Positions 1 to 12,879 are shown, numbered from the stretch's first letter. The stretch: DNA of 64,000 nucleotides from Chrysomallon squamiferum (GCA_012295275.1 CM022666.1:558001-622000), one strand, 5' to 3'. Notes: generated by a model not told the origin, from the sequence alone. Made by a program: numbers and translations.

Positions 1-549
1 TTATTGAATCTAGGTTATTTTTGCACATCACTTGTCGCAATAATGTTAGTTACAGATTGTGTGTTGGAGAGCTTCAACACAAAATCTATGAAGGTTTTCA
101 GAAGTTTACTTATTTTTGATACCCGAAAAATGAACGATCATGTGACTTCAGTTTTTCAGCTGTTGTTGCGATCTAAAACCAACCTTCTTGTTCAATGGTA
201 TTTAGATTTTTTCTTCTTCTTCTTCTACTCTTTAAGGAATACCTTTGAAATAATACTGCAACTCATTATGGAATATGTGTTTAGTTAGTGTTAGTGGAAT
301 AATGATAAGCGTGTTATGTTAAGATAAGGTTGAAACTTCGCTCGAAACATATTACAGACATAATAAATAATAACATAGGTCACACAGTACAAATTTCCAT
401 ATTTAATCTCCTCTTTGTTTTGAAATTTGCTGAATAAAATCCGCTCACACATTCAAACAGGTTCTCAGAAACGTATTCAAAAGTCACTTCTTAAATATTT
501 TCAAGTGAAAATCAGCTTCAGCTTCATTTACAGTCACATCACTAAACAC

Positions 550-705
550 TGTATGTGTTATTTTTAAGTACTCTTACATCGTAATTCACTATTCAGATTT
601 TGTCCATGTGTTCTTAATATACTCTCATTATAAAGTCATTTCAGCCCTCTCTGAGGAGGACAGGTTACAATAATATAATAGTACTAAGATTGTAAGACAA
701 TGCTG
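550..705 (-). pseudogene. Diverged duplicate of ~1450-1625 (probable Ig-exon relic)
   Basis: Shared words such as TTCTTAATATACTCTCA and TAG(C/T)ACT(G/A)AGATT(C/G)TAAG in the same order. Confidence 0.4.
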
Positions 706-1143
706 AAGAAAATTGTAACTTGTTAGAAGAAGAAAAATGAACCTCCCCTTTCAAAAATTAACATTTCAGATTTTCTTTCTTTTTCTTTTTCTTTTCTTCT
801 TCTTGATACATGGACATACATACTCTTCTTCGAGTTCTTTTTTTTCTCCTTCATCATCATCTTCTTCTCCTTTTTCTTTTTCTTCTTCTTTTTGTTATTA
901 TTTGTATGCAATTTCAAACTATTCGACACTGTTATTAATGGATTTCAGAAATTTACATTCACTTTTTAATAGAAACATATCTTTTTGTTCATTGACAATG
1001 ACATAGGAGTAACCGATTGCAATTTGGTAAAACGAAAAACATAGATACACAAATGTGGTAATATAGGGTATGACCGATTTACATCACTGTTTTAGTTTAA
1101 ACAACAACAACAATAATAATAAATTTATTATAAATAATTTAAC

Positions 1144-1630
1144 TTAATTTAATTTTAAGAAATATGCATTTATCTGTAGAGCTAAACATTTCTAACATCT
1201 TCCATTGTAAAACTAGATTACATAATAACGACAGTGTCACATCTCATTATAAAATATCACAGACATTTCAAGACAGATATAAATACGTTTAGATGTTTGA
1301 CCCCCAACATAGCATCTTGTAATAAATTACGTTCGGTACTGTGAACTGTCAGCAACATCAGAAGTGTATAAACCCTGGCGTATTTGTCAATGTCTGATTA
1401 GAGGCATCGTAATTAATTCCATTTATAATCATATCACCAAACATTGCATGTTGCATTTCTAAGAGCTGTTACATCACAATTCATCATCCATCCAATTTTT
1501 GTGCATTTGTTCTTAATATACTCTCACTGTAAAGTGCTTTGAGTTCTCAGGCGCAAAGGCTACTCAACAAGTCACTTTTACTATTATTATATTAATATTA
1601 TTACTAGCACTGAGATTCTAAGTCGATCCA
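1144..1630 (-). pseudogene. Decayed Ig-like exon relic
   Basis: Minus strand reads MMNCDVT...MRCDT-RY-CNL with stops and frameshifts. Shares DNA similarity with 14592-14689, ~12435-12500 and ~560-705. Confidence 0.45.
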
Positions 1631-2976
1631 ACTTCTTAAAAGAAAATGAAAGGTTTCTTCATTACGAGTCAGTATTATTGGATAACTGTAATGAAACAGA
1701 AGCATCCAGCTGTTCTCAGAGAAGTTAAACGTTATATCTGAAAAAATACGTTATCGAACAACAGCATACACTTATAACAAACATTACTTAGTCCGACTGA
1801 GCAAAACAAACCACTTTATTAACTTATTCATTTCGTAAAGATTGATTTCATTTAACTATAGAAAACTAATGTTGAAAATGGTTAATTTTCGCAGAAATAG
1901 AAAACTGTCATTATTTTATAGCAGTAATTTCTTTCTGCAAGAAAATACCTTCCTGGTATCATTCAGTGACTGTACTAAACCGCTTGATGAAGATTACTAT
2001 ACTGCAAAAAATTAGGCATTGAAAAATGAAAAAAAAATGAAAAAAATAAATAAATAAATAAAATAAAATAAAATAAGCATACAACATATTTAAATGTTCT
2101 TTACCACTACAGAGACTTTTCCAGTCGCCTACAATTTTAATTATATCACTAGAATTACAAATATGAAAATGAATAGAGAGAATAATCAACCTTAACCATT
2201 AATTTTCCATTTCTAGTCATTTCATGAAATCTCTTTATTTCTTTCTTTTTTTCTTTTCTTTTTTTTTTTCTTTTCTTTATTATAATAAAATTTGCAGTAA
2301 TAATAATATTAAGAATAACAATAGTTTATTTAACAACAATGAAAATTAACAAATTTGTATACATTCATAGTTTTTGTTCATATACTTACAGCATGAGATT
2401 CAGGGGTAAATAAAATAACACTATTAATATTAACAACAACAACAACAATAATAATAATAATATTGATAATCAGAACAGCACCAGCTATAATAATAGTAAT
2501 AATCAAAAAACAACAACAATAATAATGTCAGTAATAATAAAAGCAATAACAATAACCACACAAATAATAGCAATTAATAACAACGACAACAATAAGAATA
2601 TAAATAGATGTCGAGTACGTACCTTTATCTGTCTTTTTCTACCTAAAGAGAAACGAAATGAGTAAACTTTAGAAACCTTGAAAGACTGACATATTATATC
2701 TGTCGCTTGCAGGCACACTCAAATGATAAAGTTAATATAACAACACACACTGCTTAACGTGACCTTAGAATAGAAAAGTAAAATAAATGTATTCCTATCA
2801 AATACATTTTATAACGTCAGTTTATAACGAATTACAACATATTGTCTCACATATATATTAAATGATTTAATTGTAACAATAGCGTTTGAGTACATTATAG
2901 AGATAGGATTTGTTTTGTCGACAAGTGCATACTGTAAGCTCTAATAAAAATAACAAAGTAATAATATAATTACAGC

Positions 2977-2996
2977 TTATGTCGTCTCAGCATCAC
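2977..2996 (-). CDS. Exon 12 (putative terminal): SDAETT-stop
   Basis: Strong acceptor ttcttttctttcAG, phase-1 compatible with exon 11, TAA at 2979-2977. Confidence 0.55.
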
Positions 2997-3325
2997 CTGA
3001 AAGAAAAGAAAAACACATAAGAAATACAACAACAACAACAGCAGCGACAACAAAATTATTAGTGTATAATAAATACGTAACTGACCACTGCACCGTGGAC
3101 AATAGTGTATAAATAAATAGGTGACTGACCAGTCCACCATAGAGGCTAGAGAAAGAAGTCAACATAAGGTAACATATTCGAACTCCACCATCAACATTTG
3201 TTACCCATGTGGTGTACACAAAATACTTCTTCTCACTTTGAAATCATATACATAATTTTAAAATTAGCGCTATTTATCAAATCAATAAATAAGTCATGTA
3301 GTAATTCTATTTAACTGAAAGCTGC

Positions 3326-3370
<45 letters not shown>

Positions 3371-4046
3371 TAATAATAATAATAATAATAAATATAATAA
3401 TAACAATAATAATGGGAAGAAATAACAATAGCAATAGTAGTAAAGAAACCAGTGAACAATACATTTATAGCAGTAAGAAAAGTAATTAACTCCAACATTA
3501 AAATATGACTTATCAGACTTGATTCTTTCCACTTTGAAACTTGCAAAAGCATCGTAGCGAGTTTGCATCTTGTATAATTAAAATTATTATCACAGAAAGA
3601 GAAAGCGAATCATTATTTGATATATGTGTTATACATTGCTTCTTATAACCAATTCCATCTAAAGTTTATCATTAGTAATATGACCAAACTGTTGACCATA
3701 AGGTTTACCTTAATACTACGGCCACGCGTATATTTTCTATAGTAAACAACAGAGTGGACTCACATATTCCATGGATTAAGGTAAACAATTTCCATCCATC
3801 GACCTCAAGATCAGAACTCCACCACCTTCACAATGTTTATACCAAATTATTTTCGTTGACAGAAATGATCGTAATGAAATTAGATTTAAGGAAATGCACA
3901 AATCAGCGCATACATTATATCCTACACATTACTGCTATCTGTTATTACTATTCTAACCACTATGTAATCTATCAAACACCCTGATATTCACCAAATGTAG
4001 TATTTCAGTTAAGATCAAAGAAACAGATGTAAATAAACATTTATAC

Positions 4047-4175
4047 TTTTCTTTGTGGAACTATCACGTTTAGTTTGACGTCGTTTATTTCGCACTGTGT
4101 ATATAACGAAAACAACAAGAGTAATAGCAGCGAGAACTGTCATGGATAACTGGAACATACTGGACACAGAATCGT
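4047..4175 (-). CDS. Exon 11: transmembrane helix and basic juxtamembrane (DDSVSSMFQLSMTVLAAITLVVFVIYTVRNKRRQTKRDSSTKK)
   Basis: Acceptor tttttttgcAG in phase 1; ~22 mostly hydrophobic residues followed by RNKRR. The donor GTATAA at 4046 is weak; read-through reaches TGA at 4015-4017. Confidence 0.8.
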
Positions 4176-4432
4176 CTGCAAAAAAATAAAAATAAAACAA
4201 TAATTATAATAATAATAATAACAACTACAAGAATAATAACTACACAAACAACGACAACAACAACAGAAACAAAAGAACAAATATATAAATAGTAGTATTA
4301 GTAGTAGTAGTAGTAATAATGACAGTCATAAAAAGAAGAAAAACAACAAGAACAATAATAAATGGATAGGAACAAATGCGTTTTCATTAAATAAAAATCA
4401 AATATTAATACATATATTAGCAAGAAAAATAA

Positions 4433-4479
<47 letters not shown>

Positions 4480-5102
4480 ATAACTAATAATAATAGTAAT
4501 AACAATGACAATCAGAACAACAACAACAATAGTAATTATAATAATATTAATACTGATAATAAATGCAAAATATAAAAACGCAGAAATATTTACGTGTGCA
4601 TTGGAACAAAAGGTTTTTTAAATGAAATTCAAATATTTAGATGTTAATACATAGATTTATTCAACCATGTATATGTTCCAGTTCGATCACCTTTCAGAAT
4701 ATATATACATCCTATATTTCAGTCACGTTTTAAACACAAGAGGTTAAATGCAAATTGTGAAAAAACGAATGTAAGAAACAAGAATAACGCTATAAACGTT
4801 TGCTCCAATCTAATATATGTTACTTCACTATCGTAAACATAAAAAACAATATTTAAAATTCGGAAATAAAAATTAAATAATATACAAACCCATGTTAGAC
4901 TCTACTGTTAAATATTTATCTGCAAATTAAAAAGAAATCTTTAAATTTAAAACAGTATTTAGTGTAATTCAAAAAAAAAAAAAAATTCAGAAAAGAAAAA
5001 AGTTAATAAAATAAATAAATAAACTTAAAAATATATCTGATTTATCAATAAAACTGTAGAACGTATGTAGTTAAACATAAGTAAACTAATATATAAACTA
5101 AC

Positions 5103-5495
5103 CTTCAACTTCGACCTCAAAGAAAGTACAAGAAAATGACTGATAACCTCTCGAGTCAGAAACAACGACAGAACACTCGTAAATGCCGGAATCAGATTTT
5201 CTAATCTGTGACAGTATAATTTGTACAAAGGATCCTGCTATGTCATTGTTGTCACACTTTCCTGTCACAGATTTTATACCTTTCATTTCCGTGTCTATAA
5301 GAGTAGCTTTACCAGAATCTTTTCCATCGTAAGCAACAGCGACATCGGTAAAACTGTCCTGATTGATCAGATTCCTTTTTATTTTCACATTGAATAATGC
5401 GTGAATTGTATTTGCATCACGAACACTGCATTTGATTCTAGTTGTAATTCCTTCGCTAACAGGATATGGATTCACATTCAGCTCTACCTTTGCAG
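5103..5495 (-). CDS. Exon 10: Ig-like domain 5 (SAKVELNVNPYPVSEGITTRIKC...DSGIYEC...EVEVE)
   Basis: Acceptor (CA)23-attAG, donor GTTAGT, 393 nt, ORF 5098..5475; canonical DxGxYxC. Confidence 0.9.
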
Positions 5496-5498
5496 CTA

Positions 5499-5549
<51 letters not shown>

Positions 5550-5602
5550 ACGGATTAGATAGATAAAGAGAAAATTTGTTGATTATTATTACTACTACTG
5601 CA

Positions 5603-5692
<90 letters not shown>

Positions 5693-5782
5693 TTAGCATT
5701 TAAAATATTTCTTAAAATATTGAAAGAGAAGTAAAGAATAAATTACAATTGAGTCATGACTTAATTTAAATGAAATACATAC

Positions 5783-5815
5783 AAGTATGTGGTTTAGCCA
5801 GTGGTTTTCCAAGTT
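5783..5815 (-). CDS. Exon 9: 33-nt linker micro-exon (KLGKPLAKPHT)
   Basis: Acceptor tttctttccAG, donor GTATGT, phase 1-1. Confidence 0.72.
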
Positions 5816-6243
5816 CTGGAAAGAAACAATATAAATATATAAAATTATATTTACCTTCAAAGAGTAAAAACAAAAGTACAACAAATCAAAACAGGTATAA
5901 TTAATAACAGAGTGGATTTTAGATCACATGAACGATCGTCTTGGATAGAATTTTGTTGTTATCGTACAGGACACCTAGTGTCAAGGTACTGAGAGAAGAT
6001 GTTTCAAATAGCAAAATTCAAGTTGAAGTTTGAATTGTTTTATTTATTTTATTTTATTTTATTTATTTATTTTGTATTGACTGAACTATCTTAAATATTT
6101 AACACAGAAAAATATATAATATTAAGACTCACTTTGAAAAATGAAATAAATGTCTAATTATCTAAATTTACATTGTTTGTCAAGTCCAACGAAATGAATG
6201 TGTTACATTCACAACCCATGTAACTACCGTAATTTTTACATAC

Positions 6244-6642
6244 TGAGAACTGTGATGTAGGCTGAAGTTTCATACTGAACAAGTTCCCCGGATATATCAG
6301 TGTAATTGATGAAACATATGTATTTTATTATACCAGACATATTCATTGTCCACATATCAATTTCCACGAAAGATCCAGTTTTGTCATTGTTATCACATTT
6401 TCCTCTCACTGTTGAGGTTGATTTTAAACTTGACTCTTCCAATCTGGCTTTACCACCATTTTCGTTTCCTTTAGCTCTAGTGATAAGGATTGGTTGTGCT
6501 TCACTGACAAGTTTTCTCTTTAATCCAATCATATCTAATCTTTCGACCTGGGTGATGTTACCAACACTACATGTAACTGTCCTAGGTATGCCTTCATAGA
6601 CAGGATTTGGATATACTGTCAACCTTGCTTTCTCAACAATAA
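6244..6642 (-). CDS. Exon 8: Ig-like domain 4 (VIVEKARLTVYPNPVYEGIPRTVTC...KYIC...YITVL)
   Basis: Acceptor ttgtttAG, donor GTATGT, 399 nt, ORF 6236..6622. Confidence 0.92.
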
Positions 6643-6931
6643 CTAAACAAATGATTAATAATAATAATAATAATGACGATGGTAATGCTGGTGATGATGA
6701 CTTACAATAATATAGAGTAAATGAGTAACGGTGAAATTAAATATGCTTTCTTAGTTAACACATTGAATAAAATGCTTTCTCAGTGAATGTTAGTTTTGAA
6801 GACTGGTAATCAATTTCAGAAGATATCATTACATAAAGGTATTATTTCTTCTGACGTAAGAATAACAAATAACATAATACAAAAAGAATAACGTAATACA
6901 ATTCTTGACACGAAATCAAATGATACAAAAC

Positions 6932-6961
6932 CTTGAGGTGCAGTAGGTTGTTTTGAAGAAC
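6932..6961 (-). CDS. Exon 7: 30-nt linker micro-exon (SSSKQPTAPQ)
   Basis: Acceptor attttacAG, donor GTTTTG, phase 1-1; resembles exon 5 (PTxxQ). Confidence 0.78.
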
Positions 6962-7112
6962 CTGTAAAATAATGAAAGAAAACAATGTATTTGAAATGGA
7001 GAGCTAAAACAAACATTACGATCTAAAAGAGATAAATGTCTAGATAATTTACAAGATAATAATTTATTTTTAACATATATTGATATTAATATATTACGGC
7101 ACTCATAATAAC

Positions 7113-7144
<32 letters not shown>

Positions 7145-7206
7145 TAATACATTTGAAAAGCAGCTCGTCCCCCTATTTTATTAAGATTACCTTATTTGTA
7201 TTTTTT

Positions 7207-7316
<110 letters not shown>

Positions 7317-7409
7317 AGTTTTTATTATTATAATTATTTTTCGTTTCTACTTTCTATACTTTTCATGAATTCACATTTGAGAAAAAAAGAAAAGAATGTG
7401 TTTACTTAC

Positions 7410-7796
7410 TCTGGACTGTGACATCTGCATAAATTACAGAAGTCGTTTGCTGCCCAGAAACATTCACATAATGACAGTAACATTTGTACTGTGCTGAATC
7501 AGAGATCTTCACTGGTAGCAGTTCAATCTGTAGGAAAGATCCCTTTTTGTCACTGTCCTCACATTTTCCTGTCACTTTTTGTACATTATTTTCTATTGAG
7601 CCGGCTTTGCCATTGTTCTTTACTGTCGAAGCATAAGCTATTGTTGTTTCCTCCTCATTTATCAATATTCGCTTTAGAGTCAAATCAACGAGATTTTGTA
7701 CTGCAAGAAGTTTGGCAATTTTGCATGTGATCGTCACACGAGTTCCTTCATACACAGTATGTGGAATTATATTCATGAACAGTACATCGGTCACAG
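7410..7796 (-). CDS. Exon 6: Ig-like domain 3 (AVTDVLFMNIIPHTVYEGTRVTITC...DSAQYKC...DVTVQ)
   Basis: Acceptor gtttttAG, donor GTAAGT, 387 nt, ORF 7402..7887. Confidence 0.92.
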
Positions 7797-8249
7797 CTAA
7801 AAACATACGATATATGAGTGCAAGCATGAGTGCGTGTGTGTGTGTGTGTGTGTGTGTGTACACACAAGCACACGCACATACATACATACAGACAGACAGA
7901 CAGACAATAACAATAACTATAATAATAATGGTAATTGGGGAAAAACAATTGTTTATAAAAATATTTTAATTTAAATTTATAAGCCTTTCACAAGAGATGA
8001 ATTTATGATATATATCATTCGTAATTATTTTTTACTTTTCTCTTTGGTTATGTCTTCAGTTTTTTTGTGTTGCATATGTAGCATAATGTTGCAAATCGTG
8101 TGTGTTTTAGCCTACGTAATTGTATATTCGAAATCTTCTGGTTAGAACATTCTAAAACACATTTTATTGAAAGGAACAGTTATTAATAAACTTCTATACA
8201 TTTAGTTACAAAGATTCTATAAAATATTACATAAAATTATACAAAATAC

Positions 8250-8279
8250 CTTGAACTTCTGGTGTTGGTCTGGAGAATG
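8250..8279 (-). CDS. Exon 5: 30-nt linker micro-exon (PFSRPTPEVQ)
   Basis: Acceptor ttctcttttacAG, donor GTATTT, phase 1-1, Pro/Thr hinge. Confidence 0.78.
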
Positions 8280-8955
8280 CTGTAAAAGAGAACAGAGAAA
8301 ATTATAAACTTTGGTTTATTATCGTCACATTCTATTATAAGAAACGATTTTACTGGTGATAAATGAATGTTCACACACGGAACACAAATGAGTAAAGAGA
8401 GCAGCTGAAATATTTTCTGAACAGAAGGATCGCATGTTCATCAAAGTCACGCCACCATCTTTTATAATGAACAATTATTGGATATCAAAGATTCAGCTTT
8501 TATTTAATTGTTATGAGATACCAAACTTGCTGAACATATTCTGTATGCTAGTGTCATCCATTTGCAGTATGACATTTGTGAGTAAACGGTAAATACAACT
8601 CACATTACTGGTTCAAGCAATGAATAGGTAAAAAGAACGGACTTATGGTCAAAATTCTGAGTAAGTAAAAATTTCGTTAACATTTTTATTTTAATTTCTT
8701 TCTAGAAAAGATGGGACACTGAAGCTTGCTCCGTGTTTATTTTTCTATAGTGAATGTTTAAACAGTTCATTGGGATAAATGTAAATACCTGAAATTGTTT
8801 ACATGTGGAATTAAATTATGCGAAATTTCGTATCATAAAAAAAGATAATTATAAAAAATAAAAATAATAAAAAGTAAAAATAAAATAATAATAAAACTAA
8901 AAAGAATCCTGTGCATCATTGAGAGTAATTACGTTAAACTGACGTCATCACTTAC

Positions 8956-9354
8956 GTGCAACAGTGATTTTCCTAGAAATCTCAGAATTCAGAATATCTT
9001 CATCTGGGTTTTCATATTCGATGTAGCAAATGTACTCTGCTGAATCATTGCTAGTCATGACCGGCAGTATAAGCTCAATATAAGAATTCTTTACGTTTCT
9101 CCCGTCACACAATCCTGAAACAGTTGCTGTTTTCTCTAAATCTGTGTCTTTGATAGTGGCTTCACCCATTTCCTCTTCTGTAGCAGCACTAGCTATAGTA
9201 GTTGGTTGATAATCGTAAGGAAACTGTCTTTTTATTGCTAGTGTTCTTACATCCTCGACTTCTTTGGAGTCTCCAGGCTCACATCTGATTTTTAGAGGAG
9301 TTCTTTCGTAAGCAGGATATGAATCTATTGTCAGTTTTACGTCTTCAGATACAA
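8956..9354 (-). CDS. Exon 4: Ig-like domain 2 (VVSEDVKLTIDSYPAYERTPLKIRC...DSAEYIC...KITVA), acidic
   Basis: Acceptor ttgtttAG, donor GTAAGT, 399 nt, ORF 8948..9382. Confidence 0.92.
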
Positions 9355-10506
9355 CTAAACAAGTAAAGATAAAATATTTCAAAATCGTTAATCTTAAATT
9401 GGCTATAATATTAGATTTTCAATTTCTGGGAGATATTTTGTCCTTCTAGTCAATTTCTTGAATTGTGTGCTACGTCCAAATTTTCCCATGGATAGTTAAC
9501 TTTTTCAACGTAGTTTCGAAATCTGACTCGTTCCTCGCAATGATTGACAACCGTGAACAAATCTAATGAAAAGTGATTTCTTGGACACTAGTGAGCAATT
9601 AGATTATATCAAACCACCTGGAATAGTGTGTTCCCGTGACTCAGCGCGTGTAGAGATGTATCACACTTGTTACACACTTGTTTATTGAAAAACTTTGTGT
9701 TTAGTTGAAATGATAGCCTGTATGTCTCTTTGCTAAACACAAAATCTTCTGGCCTTTTTCGTCTTTGTTTGAAAATAGCAGACATTAGAGAATCACAGAG
9801 GAGAACGTGTTTCCACTGAGCAACAGAATAATTCAGATGGACATAGGTAATTATATTGTTAGTTCTCCGTTTGTTCAAACTTACTTTTAATATGGAAGTA
9901 TACTAATATTTTAAACAGCATTTCTGATAATCTTGATAACAATATATAGCAAATTTGTGTTGATGTGTGTGGCTTTAAAATTAACAGAAATACATGTTAT
10001 CATTAAAACAGAGCACTGAAGTGGCCAGGCATCCCACAACCTAATTATTCTACCACCTATCTTGCATGTCTCGAGGAGTGTAACATTTTTCAGAAGTACC
10101 TCTGTGTCACAGTTCGTGTGCACTGAATGGTGCATATTTAAGGAAACAAATGTTAAAATTATTAGGTTTTCTTTTAATTTTGTCATGTTTTTAGGATTTG
10201 AAAGTGTTACGTACCTCGGCGGACTTGTTTGCCCTAGATAACAATGTTTACTTCAGAGAGTTTGACACGTGACCCTCATTAACATGAAGATACGTTCGAA
10301 GTAATCACAATATGTTTTCTTAAGTGATTTAAAACGAAAAGTTTGATGTATATAGAAGAATAGGTGTATTTGTATAAACAATATTTGTGAAAATTGTATG
10401 TTTTATAGTTTGTCGTGAATGTTTCAGAAAAGCAACCACATATTATCACACATTAATTTTCAAAACATGAGGGAGAGAGAGAGGTGGGGGAAAAGAATGG
10501 GTTAAC

Positions 10507-10537
<31 letters not shown>

Positions 10538-10613
10538 AAATGTATTTCTTTTTTTTCCTTCATATTTTTTCTTTTTCTTCTTCTTCTTCTTCTTCTTAAT
10601 AAAATATACAAAC

Positions 10614-10643
10614 CTCGAATTAAAGATTCTGGAAGCACGCTAT
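10614..10643 (-). CDS. Exon 3: 30-nt linker micro-exon (NSVLPESLIR)
   Basis: Long pyrimidine tract ending caatttacAG, donor GTTTGT, phase 1-1; same size and relative position as the other linkers. Confidence 0.7.
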
Positions 10644-11216
10644 CTGTAAATTGAAAAGAAAAAAAAAGGATGTAAAGAATGAAGAAGAAAAAAGGTATTT
10701 GTGTTTCTTGCGTATAAACAAAATCTTTTACATACGAAATATGCGAATATTTAATCATTTTTGAGGTTTAATTTTACATGGTATGAAGCTAAAAACATTT
10801 TTTGTATAATGCAGTTATGTAAGCGGAAATAATTATAACTTGACAGCCTTGATTCTAGTACCTATTATACAAATGGCATATAGGAACTAACTAAAAATAA
10901 ATGTGTTAATTGTTGTCTTACTCAGAACATTAAAGTTCATGGAAGCTCTCTTATGCTTTGAGGCAGAGCTTGGCATAGCACAGCCTTGATCCTACTGTCT
11001 ACTATATAAATAGTATATAAACAAGTAAAACGAAAAGCAAAATAATAATTTCTTTCTATCTAAACTTTCCCTGTCTTTCGTTTTCGACTCTTTTTTTTTT
11101 CTTTTTTTCCTTTCATTTTTCTTGTCTTCGTTTTTTCTTTTTCTTTTTCTTTTTTTCTCGATAATTTTTGCTGGGATAACAATTTAATAACAAGTGATTT
11201 TAATCTTTTCACTTAC

Positions 11217-11609
11217 TCAGAATATTAATTTTCATATCAGTTATGTCAATCACATTCACAGAGAGTGTTGAAAAATAAAAGGACAGGCATCTGTACTGTC
11301 CTATAAGATCGCTAGTCACAGGGATCATTTCTACTTGCAGAAAGGATTTTTTTGCGTCCTCGAAGTCATATTGTCCTGTTACTGTTGCTACTGACCTAAA
11401 AGTTTCATCAAAAAGATGCCCTCTACCGTTGAATTTTAATGCTATTAGACCGACGAAAGCTGTATAATTTTGAGCACGGGGAGGTTTTCTTTCTATAGTC
11501 AATGTGAAGAGAGTTTCAATCCCCCTGAATTCTTCAAGTTCACATCTCATTATCATAGCATCCCCTTCATAAACAGGATTAGGTCTTACTGTCATCAGCA
11601 CCCCTTTAA
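11217..11609 (-). CDS. Exon 2: Ig-like domain 1 (VKGVLMTVRPNPVYEGDAMIMRC...GQYRC...MKINIL)
   Basis: Acceptor tttatttacAG, donor GTAAGT, 393 nt, matches ORF 11209..11601; 84 residues between the two Cys. Confidence 0.92.
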
Positions 11610-12261
11610 CTGTAAATAAATTAATTAATTAATAATAAGAAGGAAACTGTATAGTTATGAACGCATGCTTGTAGGTATGTGTATCTGTTACAGTCAATCT
11701 GTGAAAATAGCCATTACATAAAATGTCTGATACATTATATCATTTCGTGTAATACATGTGAACATCAGTTATGTTATATAATGATTTGAAGTTTCATTCG
11801 TGTCAAAGCATGTCTAAACATATATGGAAAGAAAAATAAATTTTGCTGATCGTCTAAATGATAAATTCTTCTCTTTTTTCTTCTTCTTTTTTTAGTAATT
11901 CACAGATCATACACATCAAATGAGAACATTGTATTTAGAAACTGTTGGATACTCACTCCTATAACATACATACATACATACATACATACATACATACATA
12001 CATACATACGTACATACATACATACATACATACGTACGTAGATACATACATATATGCATACATACATACATAAATACATAGATAAAGTCCTTGTACAATA
12101 TTATTTCAAAAGCAAGAACAAAACAAAATCTCGATACACACGCCTAGCAAATGGGATTACTAAGTGTGTTAGTATGTTTTTGCGGTAATATTGCCCAGTA
12201 GCCCTTTCTTACAGAATAATATGGAGAGGAGTGATACCACCATAACTCATAAAAAAAAATA

Positions 12262-12560
12262 TACCAATAATCGTCAAAACTGTCGGTTTATTAGTAACTG
12301 TACAGTAGTATGCAAAATACTTGATGATGTCTTTTAACATAGTCTCTCCACCCCTATTCTGTCATTTCTAATCAGCTTCTTCAAAATGAACTCCGAACCG
12401 CACGATGCTTCAGTGAAATCAGACCTGCTTTTAGTAGCACCAGAAGTATATCAAAACCCCGCGTATTTATCACTGCTTGATTAAAGCAGCCATGTTTAAT
12501 TCTTTCATTGTCGTTTTATTTATTAACCTGTTTTTCTCAGCAGTATTACAAATTATTCAC
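12262..12560 (-). pseudogene. Decayed Ig-like exon in intron 1
   Basis: Ends MLKDIIKYFAYYCTVTNKPTVLTII followed by phase-1 G|GTATAT (F/G-strand-like). In-frame stops lie upstream; DNA similarity to ~1355-1420. Confidence 0.5.
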
Positions 12561-12746
12561 TGCTGCTTATGTATAAATGCTCTGAATTCCTTTTCCATTA
12601 TTTTTATTTTTTTATTTTATTTTTTTATTTTGTATTATTTAATTCATATTACGCAGGTGGCTAAGTTATAGTATAAGCACACTCTCTCTCTCTCTCTCTC
12701 GTTGTTTTTCTTTTATTTGTTTATTTATTTATTTATTATTTATTTG

Positions 12747-12792
<46 letters not shown>

Positions 12793-12830
12793 TCGATTGA
12801 TAATTATGATTGATAACAATGACTCCTTAC

Positions 12831-12879
12831 CTACTGGCGAAACTGCAAAACGTAATAAAAAGAAAATCCAGACTGACAT
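12831..12879 (-). CDS. Exon 1: signal peptide MSVWIFFLLRFAVSPV
   Basis: ATG at 12879-12877, hydrophobic core, donor G|GTAAGG in phase 1. Joins exon 2 to give ...SPVVKG|VLMTV, a plausible cleavage site. Confidence 0.8.

Noticed and set aside
2997-3219. 80-aa hydrophobic ORF in frame with the terminal exon
   Set aside because: It runs through a GTT repeat and the polypyrimidine tract; better explained as intron.
9700-10130. Possible further Ig relic (TNCDTEVLLKNVTL; WKHVLLCDS) in intron 3
   Set aside because: Similarity is too weak by eye to call as a feature; left for TBLASTN.
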